This document shows positions 61,676 to 64,000 of a stretch of DNA of 64,000 bases, one piece after another. The first letter of the stretch is position 1. The number at the start of each line of letters is the position of its first letter. The position numbers were made by a program, and so were the translations under genes. The stretch covers positions 1 through 64,000 of IMG/VR virus record IMGVR_UViG_3300023281_001229; one strand, given 5' to 3'. This stretch comes from a virus. The notes below the pieces were generated by a model. The model ran no database searches. It was not told the DNA's origin and worked only from the letters and a program-made list of their open reading frames with translations.

Positions 61676-61703
61676 AAAAAAAAGGGCCGGTTTCCCAGCC
61701 CTT
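61676..61703 (-). terminator. intrinsic terminator after the major capsid gene
   Basis: AAGGGCTGG-GAAA-CCGGCCCTT stem with a GNRA loop, followed by a T tract. Confidence 0.9.
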
Positions 61704-61719
61704 CTTCTGATAATAAATA

Positions 61720-63336
61720 TTATAGTGATCCGCCTGTAATTGGGTTTCTCATTACAATTTTAAGAACTTTAGTGGGATCCTCTACTTTGATAGCAGGCAT
61801 AGCTTGCGTCATGTAGATTTGGTATCCGTTAAAGTTTCCGGAAGATGCAAAACCTTGCGTTCTTCCCATATAGTCCATAGAACCATTAACATATCTCCAA
61901 ACTAAATCTTTGTTCCAAGCACATTTCAATAATTTAATATTGTCTTGTCCTGTTTCAGTAACATCAAAAATGATGAAAGAATAAGAAGACAATCTAAATC
62001 CATCAATGATTGGATTTTCAATCTCGTTGTTTTGAAGATTATCAAATGCTGGGTTAAGAACAAACTTAACATTTGCTAAGAAAGGAATTGTATAAGATGT
62101 GAAAGAGAATCCATAATGTAGATCCATTCCACCACCTTTAATCATATCCAATTCAGCTGCATCAACATAAAGTCCTGCTGAAAAAGCATCTTTTTTGATA
62201 GCTTCGTTAATCATTCTCATTCCGCCCATTCCTGTTTGAACAATAAGTTCACGTTGTGGATCTGGACCTTGGAAATCAACTTTCCCATTAAAGAAGTTAA
62301 AAATCTCAGAACGGAAAATGTCTAATGAAAAGTCTGGCTTGTTGTATACATGCTTGTAAGATAAGTCAAGTTGTTTCCAAAGACCAACAGATAAACGAAG
62401 ATCATCTGGCCCGTCTTGCTTAATTCTACCACCTTTACCCCACATAAGGTAAGTTTCGATATCATAAGCAATTTTAGAAAGGTGAGCCGCTTCCATTTTA
62501 GTAATGAAAGAACGAACTAAGTTACCATTATCTAAAGACTTTTTAACATAACCTTGTCCTTTAGCAGCAACCATTCCTTCTAAAGAATTGATAGATGGAT
62601 CCATTGTAGTATCAAAGTTTTTCCAAATCTCAGTTACTGGAACTGAACCATCTGCTTTCATACCACCTTTTTCCATCAATTTAACTCTTGAAGAAACAGT
62701 ATAGTGAACGTGTGCATCTGCATTACCAACATAGTTATAGAACTCACGACTTGTGTGATCCATAGATAGGTCAGAATATCTTTCTCCATATTCTCCTCTA
62801 GCAGAACCTACTCTAAAGTAGTAAGTATTGTTAGTTAAGAATCTGTTATCAAATACTCCGTCCGAATCATTATTCGGCATTTGAACAGTATAGATAAATC
62901 CATCACCCATATCAAGAATATCCTCATCAGTAACGTAAAGTTCTTTACCATTGAATTTATCATAAGTAATGATATCTCCATGACCAAAAACTCTTTTGTT
63001 CATTTTAATTTGAAAAGGTGTACCGTCAATACCTTTAGCAGTATTAGATGGATCAAGGTCTTCCATAATAAAAGGAAGCTCTTCCGATACAGGTGTTGTC
63101 CATTTGTATTCACCTCTTGGGTGATCTACTTCAATTACATTTCTTCCCTGAAATGATGACATTTGATAAAGAGGCATCTCAACCTTTTTAACTTGTGCCC
63201 ATAATTCTACTGGACCCAAATCGTCTGGTTTAGCATCTTTTAATAAATTCATCAAGTGGTAAGAATCCACATGCGATGACGCTGTGTAGTTGTTGTCCCG
63301 AAGGAACATACCATTGTTTAAAACTGGTGTACTCAT
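61720..63336 (-). CDS. major capsid protein (crAss-like)
   Basis: 538 aa; biased high-expression codons; strong terminator; ETYLMWGK, GLWKQL, IVQTGMGGM and YSFIIFD motifs; position in the module. Confidence 0.85.
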   Translation of the reverse strand: MSTPVLNNGMFLRDNNYTASSHVDSYHLMNLLKDAKPDDLGPVELWAQVKKVEMPLYQMSSFQGRNVIEVDHPRGEYKWTTPVSEELPFIMEDLDPSNTAKGIDGTPFQIKMNKRVFGHGDIITYDKFNGKELYVTDEDILDMGDGFIYTVQMPNNDSDGVFDNRFLTNNTYYFRVGSARGEYGERYSDLSMDHTSREFYNYVGNADAHVHYTVSSRVKLMEKGGMKADGSVPVTEIWKNFDTTMDPSINSLEGMVAAKGQGYVKKSLDNGNLVRSFITKMEAAHLSKIAYDIETYLMWGKGGRIKQDGPDDLRLSVGLWKQLDLSYKHVYNKPDFSLDIFRSEIFNFFNGKVDFQGPDPQRELIVQTGMGGMRMINEAIKKDAFSAGLYVDAAELDMIKGGGMDLHYGFSFTSYTIPFLANVKFVLNPAFDNLQNNEIENPIIDGFRLSSYSFIIFDVTETGQDNIKLLKCAWNKDLVWRYVNGSMDYMGRTQGFASSGNFNGYQIYMTQAMPAIKVEDPTKVLKIVMRNPITGGSL

Positions 63337-63357
63337 TGTTATTTTGTTTTTGTTTGT

Positions 63358-63564
63358 TTACTGATTTTGTTTTGCAAAAGCATTTATTGCTTTCTGTTTT
63401 GCAGAAGGAGAAAGGTCAATGGAGTTTATTTTCTTTCTTTGCTCCGGTGTTAAATCCTGCATTGTATATTTATTAGTAATGGTCTTGTTCATTTTATCTC
63501 CAGGACCTTCTATCATGGAACCGCCATTCTCCATTTTTCTTTTTGGATTTGCCTTATATTGCAT
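63358..63564 (-). CDS. small hypothetical protein with a KRKMENGG motif
   Basis: 68-aa ORF filling the gap immediately upstream of the MCP gene. Confidence 0.65.
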   Translation of the reverse strand: MQYKANPKRKMENGGSMIEGPGDKMNKTITNKYTMQDLTPEQRKKINSIDLSPSAKQKAINAFAKQNQ

Positions 63565-63579
63565 ATTATTTATTTTTTG

Positions 63580-64000
63580 TTATCTGGAGAACAAACCTTT
63601 ACCGCCTCTTTGTATTGTTGGCTTTGGTTTTGTTCTTTTTCCAGAAGATTGTTTTTCCCCTATTCCTGTAGAAGATGTTATTTTACCTCCTTCGCTAGTT
63701 CTTAATTTTCTAGCTGTATTTACTACTTCTTCATTTTGACCTATTCTTTTAACAGAATTTCTATAATCATCCGGATCTGCTAATAGCCAAAGTGCTTCTG
63801 CAACTAAAGACGGATTAGCATTTTGACCAAATTGATGTTGTTCTAATAAATAACCTAAAGCATTTGTGTTATTACCTTTAGAGTCTTGATACTTTGATGA
63901 ATCAGTTAATCCATAAAATAACATTGTCTGTATTTTGTTATTTAATGGAATACCATTTAGATCTTTTTGATTCAAAGCATTATAAACATTGTTTTGATAA
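63580..64000 (-). CDS. 3' part of a conserved capsid-module protein (possibly scaffold-like), truncated by the window edge
   Basis: the frame stays open upstream of the called TTG (…YQNNVYNALNQKDL…) to the window end; AEALWLLADPDDY motif. Confidence 0.7.
   Translation of the reverse strand, partial: YQNNVYNALNQKDLNGIPLNNKIQTMLFYGLTDSSKYQDSKGNNTNALGYLLEQHQFGQNANPSLVAEALWLLADPDDYRNSVKRIGQNEEVVNTARKLRTSEGGKITSSTGIGEKQSSGKRTKPKPTIQRGGKGLFSR

Noticed and set aside
4291-63739. Many short + strand ORFs in the track (e.g. 17027-17317, 17375-17677, 27834-28343, 58086-58310, 63419-63739)
   Set aside because: Antisense shadows of long or tightly coupled - strand genes, with F/L/S/I-rich composition, mostly TTG/GTG starts and no motifs
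1-64000. Stop-codon reassignment (TAG or TGA), known in some crAss-like phages
   Set aside because: Genes up to 11.7 kb are intact in code 11, and TAG (21278, 33258, 51274) and TGA (3281, 46503) end genes directly before the next start or boundary
1-64000. tRNA or rRNA genes
   Set aside because: After adding the small ORFs, intergenic gaps are under ~130 nt and none shows a cloverleaf or T-loop consensus

Overview
AT-rich 64 kb segment of a crAss-like (Crassvirales-type) Bacteroidetes phage genome, probably aquatic, in the standard genetic code (TAA, TAG and TGA all act as stops). Bases 1-3.3 kb (+ strand) are the end of a replication block: a Dda/RecD-like SF1 helicase, a DUF1281-like protein and hypotheticals. 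Bases 3.3-64 kb (- strand) are the virion module. In transcription order it holds the major capsid protein, head and ring proteins, four tiny basic proteins, an auxiliary capsid protein, Cys-rich/collagen/vWA fibre-type proteins, an IHF-like protein, ring and muzzle proteins, five Cys-free cargo proteins and three giant ejected proteins, the middle one a 3891-aa virion RNA polymerase (DYDVD motif). Main observations: (1) an LCIB/theta-type carbonic anhydrase-like protein with intact Cys/His/Cys zinc ligands sits among the head genes; (2) the only cysteines in the three giant proteins are at their adjoining termini, suggesting a head-to-tail disulfide chain; (3) an intergenic hairpin RNA is complementary to a 5' UTR 12.6 kb away; (4) cargo proteins share GG motifs and a ~22-aa tag; (5) a repeated promoter-like motif and a duplicated palindrome occur at gene boundaries; (6) several real-looking small ORFs are missing from the ORF track. 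All family calls come from motif recognition by eye and gene order, not from database searches.
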